A stretch of 64,000 nt of DNA from assembly GCF_009914755.1 (NCBI RefSeq), contig NC_060944.1, one strand, 5' to 3'. Positions within the stretch are counted from its first letter, which is position 1, and every line of letters starts with the position of its first letter. The notes below the pieces were generated by a model. That model did not search any database. It saw only the letters and a list, made by a program, of their open reading frames with translations, and was not told the origin of the DNA. Shown piece after piece: positions 46,591 through 60,708 of this stretch. This stretch comes from the human T2T-CHM13v2.0 reference genome, Homo sapiens. The translations under genes were made by a program, and so were the position numbers.

Positions 46591-47877
46591 TAATAAACAC
46601 GATGATGAGGATAATGATTTTTGTTCCTCAGCCCTTGCTTTTACTTTTCTGACTCTAACACTCAGGACTAAACTTGGTCAAAGGGTTAAAACAAATAGAG
46701 AAGGGAAAAGATTTCATCTATGAGCCACCAAGGTCATGGGTATTTGGCCGAAACACTTACCTCTTCAAGGCTTTGCATCTGGGTCTTTCATCCCCTTGCT
46801 TTTTTGAACACTGTATACCCTCTGTGAATGTAAAAACATTTGAAGAGTATCAAGCACTCCACGGGTAGTGGCAGTTGCAAGAAGTCTGGTCCATTTTTCT
46901 ACCTTTCACACTGTCAGAGCACGAGACCTTGGGATTTTTATAATCCAAATTGATACTCTCTAGGAAATCTCTTCCACTCCAGCTCCCTGCCCTGGAAAGA
47001 TTCATTTTCTTGTGGGCATTTCTCCAGCCCTGGTGGGTAACGGTGACTGAGGGTGAATTCCTAACCTTCCCTTGATAAGGTTCAAGTCTTGCTAATTTGA
47101 ATCTCTCCTATTTTGCTCCCATCCACCTGGTGCTGTTTGATTTATCTGTGCTTGTTTGTGGATTCACTGATCACTTTCTTATTACTCTTCCACCTCCATC
47201 CATTTCAGTTTGCGGTGCCTTTCAGGTGATTTCTTATGCCACCCCTTACCACCTGCTCAACCTGACAAATTATCGACTCAAACTGTTGCTCCTGACCTGG
47301 CGTGGTCTCTTCCCAGGGATATAAATGATGCAGTTCAGAGGGATAATGATGCCCTAATAAACATACAGTTGTTCCTGTTTCAGCCTGCCCTGTTTGAAAT
47401 TCAAGCATGCCACAACCACTGGCTGCTGCCCTAGTAAAGGCAGTGAGAAGGAAGAGAGGGAAATTGGAGGGCTGAGGGCTGAGAAATCCACGAGCACCAA
47501 TAATGAGATCAGAGAAATCACAGAGGGGAGTTGTTGTTTTTTTCAGGGGTGGGGGGCACTTAACATCTTATTTTGCTGTAGTTAAAAATCAGGCAGGAGT
47601 GACAGGTTCCCTCTCCAATCAGGTGTGTTCTGAAGCCCTGAAGTTTGGTGGCAAGAAGCAGCAATAAGGCCCCAGAAGCAGGAGGTCAGTAGAGAGGAGA
47701 TGCCCTCAGCTGCCCATCTTGCCCCTACCCTGGCTCTCACTTGTAGGGACATGGCTGCAGAGGCCTATCTGACCCCAGTTTTGTCCACAGCCACATCTTT
47801 AGAGATGAGCACCCTAAATCCCACTTTTATAACTTAGACTCTGAAAACCTTTCCAGATCACAGATTTGGGGCTGCAG

Positions 47878-48276
<399 letters not shown>

Positions 48277-48579
48277 TAAAACAACATAGATGCAAATATC
48301 TTTGACCTTGTTGGCATGACAGTTCTACCACCATTTCCCCTTTAGCTGATGGTAAATCGCATTCGCCCTAAGACCAATTTCTTTGGAGAATGTAAGCCTC
48401 TAGCATAAGTAATAAATAAATAAATGCAACCTTAAATCAAGATGAAGACCACCCTAATGTCTTTTCTCTTCACAAACCCACTGGTGGCGCTAGTGAGCAG
48501 GGATCACACAGGCTGGCTGTTCCTCACCCTGGACTGTTCCTCCCTTTGGTAGATACAGAAATGGAGAAGACAGGGAGCT

Positions 48580-48990
48580 CACAGCTACTGTTGCCTGCCC
48601 TGTGCCAGGCATCAGCTCTTGTTTCTCATTTAATCCTGGATCAGTTCTTTGTAGTAAGAGGTGTAACCCTGATTTGTGAATGAGGAAGCTGGAAATCAAG
48701 CACTCCCCAAGTATTGTAACTTGCATCAAACCCTCCGAGAGCACATTTCCCACCCACATCCTGCTTGACTTGATAATGACTCCCAACACGTACGGATCGC
48801 TTACCAGGTGTGAGGCGGTCTGTGTGTCAAAGCAGTGCACTTGGACTTTCTCATTTAAGGTCGCCAACAATCCTGTAGGTTGGAATTGCTGTTCTCCTCA
48901 TTTTACAGTCGAGAAAATGAGCTCAGAGCAGTTAACTAACTCTTTGAAGGTCATACAGCTAGAAAGTGGTAAATTCTAGAACCTCACCCC
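48580..48990 (-). mobile_element. Two adjacent MIR relics
   Basis: TGTGCCAGGCA...TCATTTAATCCT and CTCATTTTACAG...AAGGTCATACAGCTAG. Confidence 0.7.
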
Positions 48991-49315
48991 CACGCCCTGT
49001 AACCACTGTGCAGTGCTACCACAAAGGTGTGTTTGTTTTATTTCCTTATGCCAGAAACACAGTAGGTGGTGCTGCTCAGCAGACAGCTCTGGGCGTCTCT
49101 GGGCCCCCTTACTGCTCTGCAGCTGATCCCAGAGAGCCTCTAGGTTTCCAAGTATGCATTGTTTACTCTTTCCTAAGAGCTTTGCCTCTACCAGGACACA
49201 CCTTTCACTTGTTCCACCTACCCATTTTGACTTGGCATAAAATCAGCTTCTTTGCATGTGAAAAAGACATTTCCAAAACAACCATGACGGCTGTATTTAA
49301 AATGCAAATATGCAC

Positions 49316-49602
49316 ATTTTTTTTTTCGGAGATGGAGTCTCACTCTGTCACCCAGGCTAGAATGCAGTGGTGCCATCACTGCAATCTCCGTCTCCAAGGT
49401 TCAAGTGATTCTCCTGACTCAGCCTCCTGAGTAGCTGGGATTACAGGCATGCGCAACCATGCCTGGCTAATTTTTGTATTTTTAGTAGAGATGGGGTTTC
49501 ACCATGTTGGTCAGGCTGTCTCGAACTCCTGACCTCAGGTAATCCACCTGCCTCAGCCTCCCAAAGTGCTGGGATTACAGGCATGAGCCACTGTGCGCTG
49601 CC
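49316..49602 (-). mobile_element. AluS
   Basis: Dimer on the minus strand. Confidence 0.93.
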
Positions 49603-50264
49603 AAAATGCACATATAATTTAACACCCAGTTCTCCTCCCAGTACTCTACTGTGCAGTGCAGAGGGACTCATGGGCTGGCCCATTTTATCAGAGCTGTTTG
49701 GGGCAATGAAATCATGAAAGGCATTTAAACGCCCATCATTAGAGGTCTAGTTAAATGAATTAGGATATATCAATACTATCTAGCCGTAAAAAAGATACTG
49801 ACAGGTGGCCCTACCCTGCTGAGGTTTTAAGAGTGCTAATCAGAGAGCCCTCCCATTCTACTTCCAAATCAATCAAAAAGTGAATGCCTGAGTCAGAATG
49901 GAATCAGCTGCTTTGCTTGGGGAGAAGCTGGTTTGGAGCCGAGCTGAACTGAAATGGGCCTCCTAACACTTCCCCTTGTGCTTCTGGGAAAGCTTGAAGA
50001 ACAGTGCATACGTGGAACCTGCAGATGTGAAAACTGAACAATGGCTTTGAACGCATGGACCCTGTTGCACAGCAGGCTCTCACCGGGATGGCACAGAGAA
50101 GACGACAGATTCTTCCCTGTTCTTCCAGGAGAGCAGAAGTACCTACTTCCTAGGCAGTGGCAACCACTTGGGGAAAGGAAGAAGATGGCCCCCTCTACAA
50201 ATGCGTTTCAATTTGGAAACATTGCCTTGATGTAGCGTTAAGTCGGAAAGAAGCAAATTAATAA

Positions 50265-51002
50265 TGAAACGGGAGAGTTCCCAGATCCCCGTCGCAGGAC
50301 GTGAGACAGGGGTGTGGCTTGCCTGTTGGGTCGTTGCCACTGCTCAAACCCCTGAGGGGTGGGGGAGCACGCAGACAGACAGGTGCAGGAGCCCGAGTGG
50401 GTGTGTGTTGCAGTGTGCCGTTTTAGCCCTGCCATCCACGGATGGCTAGAGCGTTAACCAGCTCAATGGACCCTCTGCCTTTTTGCAAGAGCAGAGAGCC
50501 AATGTGACAGCTTTCTGTATCCCAAGCTTTTGCCCAGCATCCAAGGGAAAATCGGGCCACATGTGGGCTTGAAGGATGAATGAGGGATTTTATCGAGCGG
50601 TGGAGGTGGCTCTCAGTGGGCTGGATGAGGAGTTGGGAGGGGGATGGAGTGGGGAAATGATCTTCCCCTGGAGTTTGGCTGTCCAGTGGCTGAACTCAAC
50701 TCCAACCGTTTCCACATGAATTCCTGTCAGCATTCAGACGTTCCTTCTCTCTTTCTCTGCCGTGCCATTCCATCGTCCATCTGCTTGTCTCCTTGTCTCC
50801 TCATCTGCTTTTGGAGCCTGGGGTTTGGGGTTTATACGACTACAGGATGGGGGATATGGAGGACCAAAAAGCAACACTTTGGGTGTAAGAACAGAAATGC
50901 CTGTTCCCACTTAAAGCTTCAGGTCTTCAGGCTTGATGGGGGGGCTCTTTGCTCAGGACCACCCTCTTCTATCCAGTATTTCCCTGTCTCCTGTCCATAT
51001 CA
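50265..51002 (-). mobile_element. MER50-family ERV1 solo LTR
   Basis: TG...CA termini (TGAAACGGGAGAGTTCCC / CCCTGTCTCCTGTCCATATCA); 4-bp TSD ATAA at 50261-50264 and 51003-51006; 738 bp. Confidence 0.85.
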
Positions 51003-51284
51003 ATAAGACGTATATAATCTCAATTAAAAAGTGTGTGCATATCCGTGTGTGTGTCCACACAAAATCTCTTAACAGAGATTACTTCCAGGCAGCAGGATGA
51101 CAAAGGGGTTTATGAGATTGGGTTCCTACTTTAAATATTTCTGCAGTGTTTGGAGTTTCTAAAGAAATATTCCTTTAGTAATTAAAGAGAGAGAAAGGAA
51201 GAAAAAAAGAGAAAAAACAAATGGATAATTATGTTCTCAGAGAATCCATCTGGACATAATAAAAACAGCAGCAGCAGTTGTATT

Positions 51285-51470
51285 AGTAGGTAGTATTTAT
51301 TGAGTGATTTGCTATGTATGCCAGACTCTTCTAAGCACATTACTTGAATTGAGTCATTTAATCCTTGCTGTAACCCTGTGAGGTAGGGATTATTATTATG
51401 CTCAATTTACATATGAGGAAACAGGCCCAGAGACTTTAAGTAACTTTCCCAGGTCACTAAACAGTTTCCC
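51285..51470 (-). mobile_element. MIR SINE
   Basis: TCATTTAATCCT...AACCCTGTGAGGTAGG...TGAGGAAACAGGCCCAGAGA. Confidence 0.85.
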
Positions 51471-51780
51471 AAGATCGGCGTTTAAAATTAAACCTCCGAT
51501 GAAAGATAAAAGCTCTTTTTGTGTGAAACAAAGCAAAGCAAAACAAGAGGTCCATAGATGCCTCCACTCAGGGTCCCTGGCTCCATTAAGCACTGTAGGC
51601 TCAGGAAACTTTCAGAAATGTTTTACTTTATTTTAGAATCAGAGGGATAAAAGGAACATTCACAGTCAAAGAAAATGCTTTACTTTTGTAGGGCCCATCA
51701 AAGTGTAATAAATTTTGCCTGAAATAAAAAAAAAAAAGTAAACATTGATGCATTTAAAGTAATATCAAGAATAATTTTTA

Positions 51781-51942
51781 GGTATGAGCCACACAGTCGC
51801 TCCTACCTGCAATCCCAATACTCAGCAGGCTCAGATGGGAGGATCGCTTGAGCCAGGAGATGGAGGCTGCAGTGAGTTACAATTATGCCGCTGCATTCCG
51901 GCCTGGGTGACAGAGTGAGACCCTGTGTCTAAAACAATAATA
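51781..51942 (+). mobile_element. FRAM/FAM-like Alu monomer
   Basis: GGGAGGATCGCTTGAGCC...GGCTGCAGTGAG; TSD-like AAGAA(T/G)AA(T/C)TTTTA. Confidence 0.8.
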
Positions 51943-51984
51943 AAGAAGAACTTTTAATATTGAAAATATTTTATCATCGTAGAC

Positions 51985-52150
51985 TCAGAGGGTACCTGTG
52001 CAGGTTTGTTGCATAATGATCAGGTTTGGGCTGCCAGTGTACCCGTCACCCCAGAAGTGAACATTGTACCCAATAGGTAACTTTTCAACACTCATCTCCC
52101 TCCCACCCTCTCCCTCTTTGGAGTCCCTGGTGTCTGTTATTGTCATAATA
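51985..52150 (-). mobile_element. L1PB/L1MA-type 3'UTR fragment
   Basis: GGGTACCTGTGCAGGTTTGTT...GTGAACATTGTACCCAATAGGTAA. Confidence 0.8.
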
Positions 52151-52784
52151 TTGATAATGTTTAGTATTATAGGAGGGGTCCATGAAGACAAAACTGCTGA
52201 TGGCCACCCTGTCCTTACCTGCGTTACCCAGCCCACTTAAGTTTCAATCATATCGAAGTGGCATAAATGAGCTCAAAATTGTTCCTAACTCTCAATCGTG
52301 TTCAGAAGGGCCTGTTTGCATAAGGACTGGGGGCCCAGACAGCACTGCTTCTCTAATGAAGTTGTCATCTTGGAATCCCTCACATGGAGTCCCTGAGTGA
52401 CCCAGCACTTGGAGCATAGGAAATGAAAGAACAATGACTTTGCAATAATTTAAAGTGTTACATGAGCAATGACAACATACTTGCGGATATTTGAGCTATT
52501 TCTTTAGAGGAAAAAAGAACAGTTTGGAGAAACCTAACTCTTGTCATATGGTTTATTTAATGATGATACTAATTTAGAGTAGGTTCCCGCTAATGAAAAG
52601 CTGTAGCAAATTATACTAACGAATCCTTGCTGTAAAATTCTTTCTTGTAATTCTTTACGGGAACACAGGGCAGTTTTCAAATGAAGATGTGATGGACATT
52701 CGTTCTTGAGTTTTTAACTGCCCCCAAAAGGGAACTCTGAATTACTGGGACACATCGAGGGGGAGGGATATCGTTTATATAATA

Positions 52785-53295
52785 ATCAGGACTGCTTTCA
52801 TTCAGAGTACAGAAAGCCCAACTCAAATTAGCATCAAGAGGGACTTCATTGGGTCTTCTAACTGAATAGTGTGAGGATAGATCTCAAGTATGGCTGGATT
52901 CAGAAGTCAACCCACTTTCCTCTGTGCCGGCTTCATTTACAAAAGATTCTCTCCGCATGGAGGTGTGGTCCCCCAGATTGAGAACCAGCAGGAAAGGAAG
53001 TACTGCTTTCTCCTGGTGGTTCCCAGGAAATTCTGCAAGTCTTATTTTTCAGAATTGGCTCAGGAACCCATCCCTGGACCACTCCTTGGGGCCAGGGGGA
53101 TGACGTGCTCCAAAAAAGCTTTGGGGCTTGCGTGGCATGCTCATTAGGTGGTTGGTGTGGGTTGACTTCTCCTGAATCCTGTGGATCAAAAGTAAGGAGG
53201 GGGATCCGCTTCATAAGACAATTGAAACCAAGGTGTTGTCAATCAAGGGAAACAGCAATGGACACAGGGGAAAGAAAGGAAAATGTCTACTGCAA
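52785..53295 (-). mobile_element. MLT1K/L-type LTR
   Basis: ACAGAAAGCCCAACTCAAATTAGC...ATGGCTGGATTCAG. Confidence 0.6.
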
Positions 53296-53769
53296 TATGT
53301 AATTAATAGTATGGAGGGTTAAGTTTCAGTTTTTGTTGATTTATGGAGTTTTTCAATGTCTTACAAACAATCAAAACACCGAAAAACTTTTAAATAAAAT
53401 TTCAAATAGCTACAAATCTAGCTACCTTAGGTTTAAGTCACTGGAGATTACTGCTTGAAAGTTTGTTAACAGTTTCTTGTTCATGCCTTGAAAATTTCAT
53501 GCAAAATTGTACCTTTTGGCTCTCTCTGAAGAAACATGACAATTTGGAGTCTGGATTAGTCCTTGAAAAAAGCTGGTCCCTGAATTCCTTCTGCTGCTGC
53601 ACCTGGATGCTTCGTTACAACTAGAGCTAATAGGAACCACCCAGCACTCGTCAATGCCTGAACTGGGCTGACTGCATGGCTGATTAAACCCACAGCAAAA
53701 AGTGTTTAAAGCTTAATTAATCAGTCAACAAGAAAAATTGAACTCTATACCATGGGTAAAGCGAGGCTG

Positions 53770-53817
53770 CACACACACACACGAGAGACAGAGAGAGAGA
53801 AAGAGAGAGAGAGAGAA
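53770..53817. repeat. (CA)n(GA)n compound microsatellite
   Basis: Visible. Confidence 0.9.
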
Positions 53818-54344
53818 ATTTGATGGTGAAGTATTTCCTATAGAAACAACCTCTCTTTCTTTGGTGACAACATTATTTGGGACACCATTAAGAATTTAAT
53901 AAACTAATTGGACTTTTTTTTTTTTTTTGCAATTTCATGCCAATGAACACTGATAAACCAACTTCATGGTTGCTCTTCACACTTGAGATTTGAATAGTAC
54001 CTTTATAAAACAAAGCCATTATGAAATGGCCCTGTCACCGTGACTTCTAAAGGGTAAGACTGTGCCTCCTGACAATAAGTCCAGCCTGACTTTGTAACAT
54101 CTCTTGGCTCCCTTGTCTGGAAGGATGATTAAAATCAACAACTATTTCCTGAGTGCCTCTTCAATATAGGACATTGTGCTAAGTACAATATAGTAGTAGG
54201 TGCTGGCGGGGAGGTCACATACACAGATAAACCATAGGTGTCGGCCTTACATTGCTTCAAATTCAGTGTGAAAACACAAAACTCACACGATAAAGTACAG
54301 TGTAAAGTGACATATGGTAAGTAGCCCAAATCAAATGAAATTAT

Positions 54345-54640
54345 TTAAATTGATGTAATTAAATATTTATTGAAATACTTACACCTACATAACAGGCTTA
54401 GTTCAAGGTCTTGAGGAAATAACAATGAGCAAAACATACAAGATCCCTGATCTCTTAGAGTTTATGTTACGGGGGTGGCAGGGGGAGAGGGAGCGGATGA
54501 TGGACGATTGAACAAATAAGTATAAAATATGTCAGATTATTAAATGCTGTGCAAGAAAAATGAAGCCGAGCAAGGGCTTAGTTGGAGGTGGAGGAAAGTG
54601 CACTTTCCTAAGACTGGTATGGGAAGGGGCTTTTAAGAAG
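54345..54640 (-). mobile_element. L2 3' fragment
   Basis: AAATATTTATTGA...ACAATGAGCAAAACA...CCCTGATCTCTTAGAGTTTA. Confidence 0.7.
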
Positions 54641-54647
54641 ACAGTGT

Positions 54648-54946
54648 TGCGAGGGCTCACGCCTGTAACCTCAACACTTTGGGAGGCTGAGGCCGGCAGA
54701 TCACTTGAACTGGCCAATATCGTGGCCAAGACAAACCTGGCCAATATTGTGAAACCATGTCTCTACTAATAATATAAAAAATAGCCAGGCATGGTGGCAC
54801 GTGCCTTTAATCTCAGCTACCTGGGAGGATTAGGCAAGAGAATTGCTTGAACCCGGGAGGTGGAGGCCGAGGTGACCAGAGATCATGCCACTGCATTGCA
54901 CTCCAACCTGGGTGACAGAGCAAGACTGTCTCAAAATGAAAAGAAG
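54648..54946 (+). mobile_element. AluS with a rearranged B-box region
   Basis: Dimer; TSD AAGAAGACA(G/A)TGT at 54635-54647 and 54947-54959. Confidence 0.9.
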
Positions 54947-55788
54947 AAGAAGACAATGTGAGCAGAGAAAGGAATGAAGCAGAAGGAAGGGAGGGTGTGT
55001 AGAGTGTCCAGTGCCTGCCTGTGCTTAGTAAGCACTCAATCAATAAACACTATTATTATTATAATTAATCTAAGAAGGAGCCCGTAAACCTGAGAGGAGA
55101 GTGTCATTGCAATGAGCTTGATTGAAGCAAGATTTGTGAAGGATGTGGCATTTAAAAGGTTGAGATAAGAGTTCATGGGGAGATGAGGGAAGGGCCATCT
55201 GAGGGAAAAGGAAGGATAAAAAATCCAATGGACACTGAGATCGGGCACACCAGTGGGCGGGACCCATAGGCTAATGTCCTCCTGCAGAAATGCAGTTTGG
55301 GTTTGTTTTTGCAGGGAGGTTGTTTGTTTGAGTTTTTTTTAAAGATTATCTCATCAAAACCTGAATTTCAGGCTACTGTGAGAAAAAGTAGAAAATCTAA
55401 CAGCACTGAGCCCACTTTTCCACGTGGCAAACACTGGTCTAAGTCCTTACAGCCCTGCCACATCATCCCAAGATCACAACACCACTTCCCGGGATTCCAG
55501 TATATTGCGGTGGTTTTTAAGAGCAAAATAGCAGCATTTTGAGAGCTGCCTGTCATATGAAAAGCGTTCTCACCACACCCTTCCACTGTCTAACCATGCC
55601 ACAGTATCTTGTTTCTCTTTTGGTTCTCATTTCCTGGTATATGGGAGAGGTTGAGTGGCTTTTGCCAGACATTTGCTTTCTTTCCAGAGCTCCTTCAGCT
55701 ATGGTCTACAGTCAGAGTTCCATCATGGAGGCATCCTAGATTTTTTTTTTGCCTTTGGGAGGGGAGAAGTGAGGAAGAGACTATATTA

Positions 55789-56103
<315 letters not shown>

Positions 56104-57477
56104 TTTAAAAAATGGTTTCATAGGGATGGGAAAAGAGGGGTCCCAGGCCTAATTCCCAGTCTTTCTCCTAGGGTTGAGCTCCTGCCCTTTTTCCCCTAAG
56201 GCCAAACACCTGTCTCTGATGTCTGATTCCTCTTCTCCCAGAATTCTTCATTTTGGCCAAGACCTTCTTCCCCAGTCAAATTCCCAGAGACTCATATCTG
56301 GAGGACAGAAAGGCACGACCTTAGCTCTTCCTCAGAATGAGGAATAGAAAACAGTGGGGGGCCAGCTCACTTTTTAATAAGACACTAGTATTTCAGCATT
56401 CTATGAAGTCAACACCCAAGGAATGTCCCTGTCATCTGTTCTCACCTTGCAATGGCTGGTCCTGTTGTCTTCCCCAGCCCTCTCCACACCTCACTTCACC
56501 AGCCAAGCCATTGTTGGCTCCTAAGCATTTCAGTTCCTGATGGAGGAGTAAGACAGGTAGTCAGGTAAAGCTGGAGTGAGGACAAATGGGACTGGGGTGG
56601 CGGAATCCCTGGCAGAAAGTCAAGGACGTGAACATACAAGGAAAAATAGGCCACAGCCAGAGCACTGAAGGCCACAAATGTGAACCCCTAGCTAGGATAT
56701 GTCATTTTATGCCAGGCAAAATCAGGACAACAAAGGGTTCTCAAGCATAGGTGCGACCCAACCAACCCTTCACCAGCCAGGAACATTTTCTGGTGTTAAT
56801 GCCATCTTAGAAAATGCTGTGAAAAGCTCCTTGCACTGAGCTAGTTTCTCATCCCCTGATGTTTACACCTCTCAAAGGTGCATGGAGCCCCACAATGTGT
56901 CACTCTCTGATTTGTCACCTGGAGAACACAGCGCAGACATGTTTGGCTGCTTTAATATTTCTCTATAAATCAATCCTCTTTCCCCTTAATCATGTGGGTT
57001 GTTCTTCTCTGAACTTGCTCCAATTTGTCTACATCTTGCTGGGACTGAGTTGTCTAAAAGTGAACACACCCTTCAAATGCGGGAACTCTCCCTGCAGCCC
57101 CTGGCAGCTCCTGGCGACTCACTTCACCGCCCGGAGAATTCCGTGCAGGGCTCCAGCGGTGAGCAGAGTTGGAAACGGCCCATCCCCAGTTTCCAAAGAG
57201 GCCGTGTCTTTCTGTTCCTGAGCGGGCCCGTTTGTTATTTTTAGTGTCTGATTGTCAGGCTGCGGCATTAGAAAGTCTGTGGTCGCATTACATATTCCAG
57301 AAAGTCACATTGCTGGTGATGTGCGGCTGTATCGATGGATGAGTAATTGCTCGCTGTCAGGCCCACCCGGTGAAGCTGTGTCCTCCCAAGTTGTGAAAGG
57401 GGGATAGTGCGAGAGCCGCACCTGCCGCGGCCCCACCTGTCTGCGCTTGGCCGATGCCAGCACCTGCAGCCTTTCGT

Positions 57478-57497
57478 ACCAGCGCCCTCTGCTGGTC
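57478..57497 (-). promoter_or_regulatory. Consensus CTCF binding motif in CpG-rich DNA
   Basis: Minus strand reads GACCAGCAGAGGGCGCTGGT, a full match to the CCASYAGRKGGCRSY core. Confidence 0.75.
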
Positions 57498-57689
57498 GGA
57501 CGCCCCACTTCTGGGCGCTCAGGGAGCAGAAGGGGCCTGGCCTCACCCGACAGCCCCCTGGCTCTAGGCAAGTGAGATATTATTATTCCCATTTTAAAGA
57601 CCAGATAACTGAGCCCCAAAGAAGCGAATATGTGGCTCACAAGCAGAAAGGGATAACAGATGGAAGAACAACAATAATCAGAACAGCAA

Positions 57690-58005
57690 CGCCAGTGAAC
57701 CATTGCACATCACTTAATTTGCCAGGGGCTGCAAACCCACAGACAAATAATGGCAGAAAGTGCAGAGAGCCAGGCGCAATATAAGGAGTGGATGGGGACC
57801 ATGGCAGATCCCTGGTGCTCAGTCTAGAGGAGGCAAAAGCGGTAAAGCTCTGCCACGCAACCACACAGGGCCAGTAACGTCAGAACTTCTCAGAAGGCAT
57901 CTATCCTTAAGTGTGAAATTTCTCTGATTTTGAAACAATTCATGGGCCAAACAAAATATGGCTAAGGGCTACATTTGATCCACTGCCCCTGCTTGTAACC
58001 CCTGG
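57690..58005 (-). mobile_element. MER102-like (hAT-Charlie)
   Basis: GTGTGAAATTTCTCTGATTTT...TGGGCCAAACAAAA...TTGTAACCCCTG. Confidence 0.55.
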
Positions 58006-58564
58006 TTTACACAGAGTTATCTGACTTACTATCTCATTTAAGTTTCACATAATCCTGTGATATCATTACTGGTTTTATCCTCACCTTTGCAAACAAAAAA
58101 ACTAAGGTTGAAGGAAGTTATGCAAATCTAATTTATGTTAGAAAGGAGAGTCAGACCTAGGCTTTCACATCCCAAAGCATAGATTCTCCTCCCTGAACAA
58201 TACAGACAAGTATTTTACTTTGGGAGAAAGGAGACTGGCTAGCCCAACACCCTCCTTTTTAAGAGTGAGAAAGCCGAGGCTCCTTTGAAGGAGCCGCAAA
58301 TGGCAGGCTGCACTTTACAAACAGTCTCAAGTCTGGTTCTTTCAAGTCATGATGTTGTCCTTTATTCTGCACTAAATTTGTTTTCTAAAGACTACGCCTA
58401 TAGGCTGAGGGCCTCTGACCTGTGATTAGAACATTTGCTTTGAGTAGCTTTCAAGGAACAGAGCTGTGTGTGTGCTGCACCAACCACATGGTCTCAGCTG
58501 GCACCTATTATAATTCAAATTGAGAGATGGGAAACATTGAGATGCATTAAGCAAGATCAAACTT

Positions 58565-59108
58565 TACAACAGTTGGCACAGGGGCAAATGAATTCGGCTT
58601 GCCGACTTATTTGTTCGGCCCACACAAACCACTAAATAAATAGATAATCGTAATAATAATGTACACAGCATTGCCAAAATTTGTCAATCAGGTGATTTCG
58701 CATAAAAATTCAATTTCTCATATTCTTTTGCAAAATCCAAACATCTACCGCATTGGTTCTATATTCGCGGATGACGAGATTAGCTGGAGCTATGTTGTTG
58801 CCACCTCTTTCCAGCAGGGCATTCACTCAGCAACTCTCCCCAATACCTACCTCTTTCTATTGTCTCCCTGAGGCCAAACATCACTAGCCATTTATCATTG
58901 TGTTTGGGTCTTTCTTTTCATAAAGAAAATGAGTTGTCTCCTATAGTAATGTCTCTCAAAAGTGAGAAAACAGACTGAGAATTCGAGAAAAATAAGAGAG
59001 AGCATCTTTCTTTACAGTGATGAAGATATTCTAAAATATTCATATTTATTGAACAATTTAGTGTTACTTTCCTTGTCTCTGGTCAGCACCTGAGTTTTCT
59101 ACACCATT
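58565..59108 (+). mobile_element. MER102/MER113-like (hAT-Charlie)
   Basis: TTTGTTCGGCCCACACA...GATTTCGCATAAAAAT...GCTGGAGCT...GCCATTTATCAT. Confidence 0.65.
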
Positions 59109-60708
59109 TTGGAGACTTTCTAATACAGTCTAGTATCTGTTAGTCTAGTAATATGAACTACCTAATACAGACTTAATCAGTGCAGTTTAATGAATCAGCT
59201 GATTCAAAACAAGATTGGGCAAAATGAGAACCACAGCTTGCTAAGCCCCCAGCTGCACTGTGGGTAGCCATTTCCAACAAGAAAACAGTTAGGTAAAAGA
59301 AGCTTTTACTGTGTCTCCCCCTTGGAGGCCTTTTCTCAGTATTTCCATAGAAAGCCAATTTCTCATTTCTCCATTGGCCCAAGACTTTCAGGTAAACACA
59401 GAGTCTATTGAAATGCTGTGAATTCCCCCATAAAAGCTGATGTCCTCATCCATCCATTTCTATGGCCCACCCCTGGCTTTTTAAACACGAGAACAATCTT
59501 AAGCAGTTTAGCCAACAACAAGAAATAAAATTTGTGAGGCTTAACATCTCCAAACAAAAAGCAAGTGGCAGTGTTGCTTTTTTCTTCTGCAGTTATAAAA
59601 GACTGAAAATGGAATATTCATCCCTGTTTCTGCATCATTTTGTATTAAATTTGTAACTACTGCATAGTTAGCACTATAACTTTCTATTGGTATGATTGAG
59701 ATAATTATTGTTATTCATCTTTTAATTGATAAAGCTTTGGAGATGTTATGGGCTAGCAATTTGTGACTGTTACCTTTATTTGAAGAGACTAAAATCCCAG
59801 AAGTTGAAATTATCTGTTCCTTGGGTCACAAACTCCCTCAAGGACTTCTCCAGACAGGTAATTTGTGTGGGCAAAGTAACCTTATAAAGAGCTCCAGCGA
59901 TCAAAGAAGTTACCTATACTCAGCCACAGCCAATTATATACATGGAAGAATGCATTCCAGTATTACTAGATCCTCAAATTTTTCAAGAAAAGCCAATAAT
60001 CTGATTGGTGACACCTTTTGATTTCCCAATGTCAATAACTAATTCCTATTTTGTTTTTAAATATTCTGAGTCAAACTAAATATGTATGTGGATCCACATT
60101 TGGTTCAAATTTACCAGTTAGACACCTCTAATATAGTGTTGACTCCTCGATTTTGCAAAAGGAAACTGGAGATCTGTCAAGGGATACTCGAAAAACAGAG
60201 ACAGAGAGCTAGCATTCACATCCACACCATTGAACAAGCTAAGGTGAAGCCTGACTGTGAGATAAGACAAGAAAACCACTTTCCTCTGAAATGAAGAACA
60301 ATGAGGGCTCTCAGATTTTTCCTTACCATGACCCTTCATTCTCAGTGGAAACCCCTTCTTAACCTCATTATCAAAATAACGCATTTAGCTAACTTGCCAT
60401 GAAGGAACAGATTTTAAACTTTCATTTTTCTTGGAGGAAAGTCTTTGGGGTAATTGGAGCAAAAAGCTACTAAGAGTCAGTGAATATTTCAGAATGAAAA
60501 AATGAAGAAGGAGCTAAGTCACATACATACACACGTTCATACACACACACTTGTCTAAAGGTGGGGCTTTAAGAGTTTGAGCACTGACTTGGGAAGAATT
60601 AGCCTCACATCTATTGAAAGCTCCCTGTTGATGAGAAAATTCCTCTACAGGGTTACTGATTAAGGGCCAGTTTTTTTGTTTGTTTGTGTTTTTTGTTTTT
60701 CTCCCATG

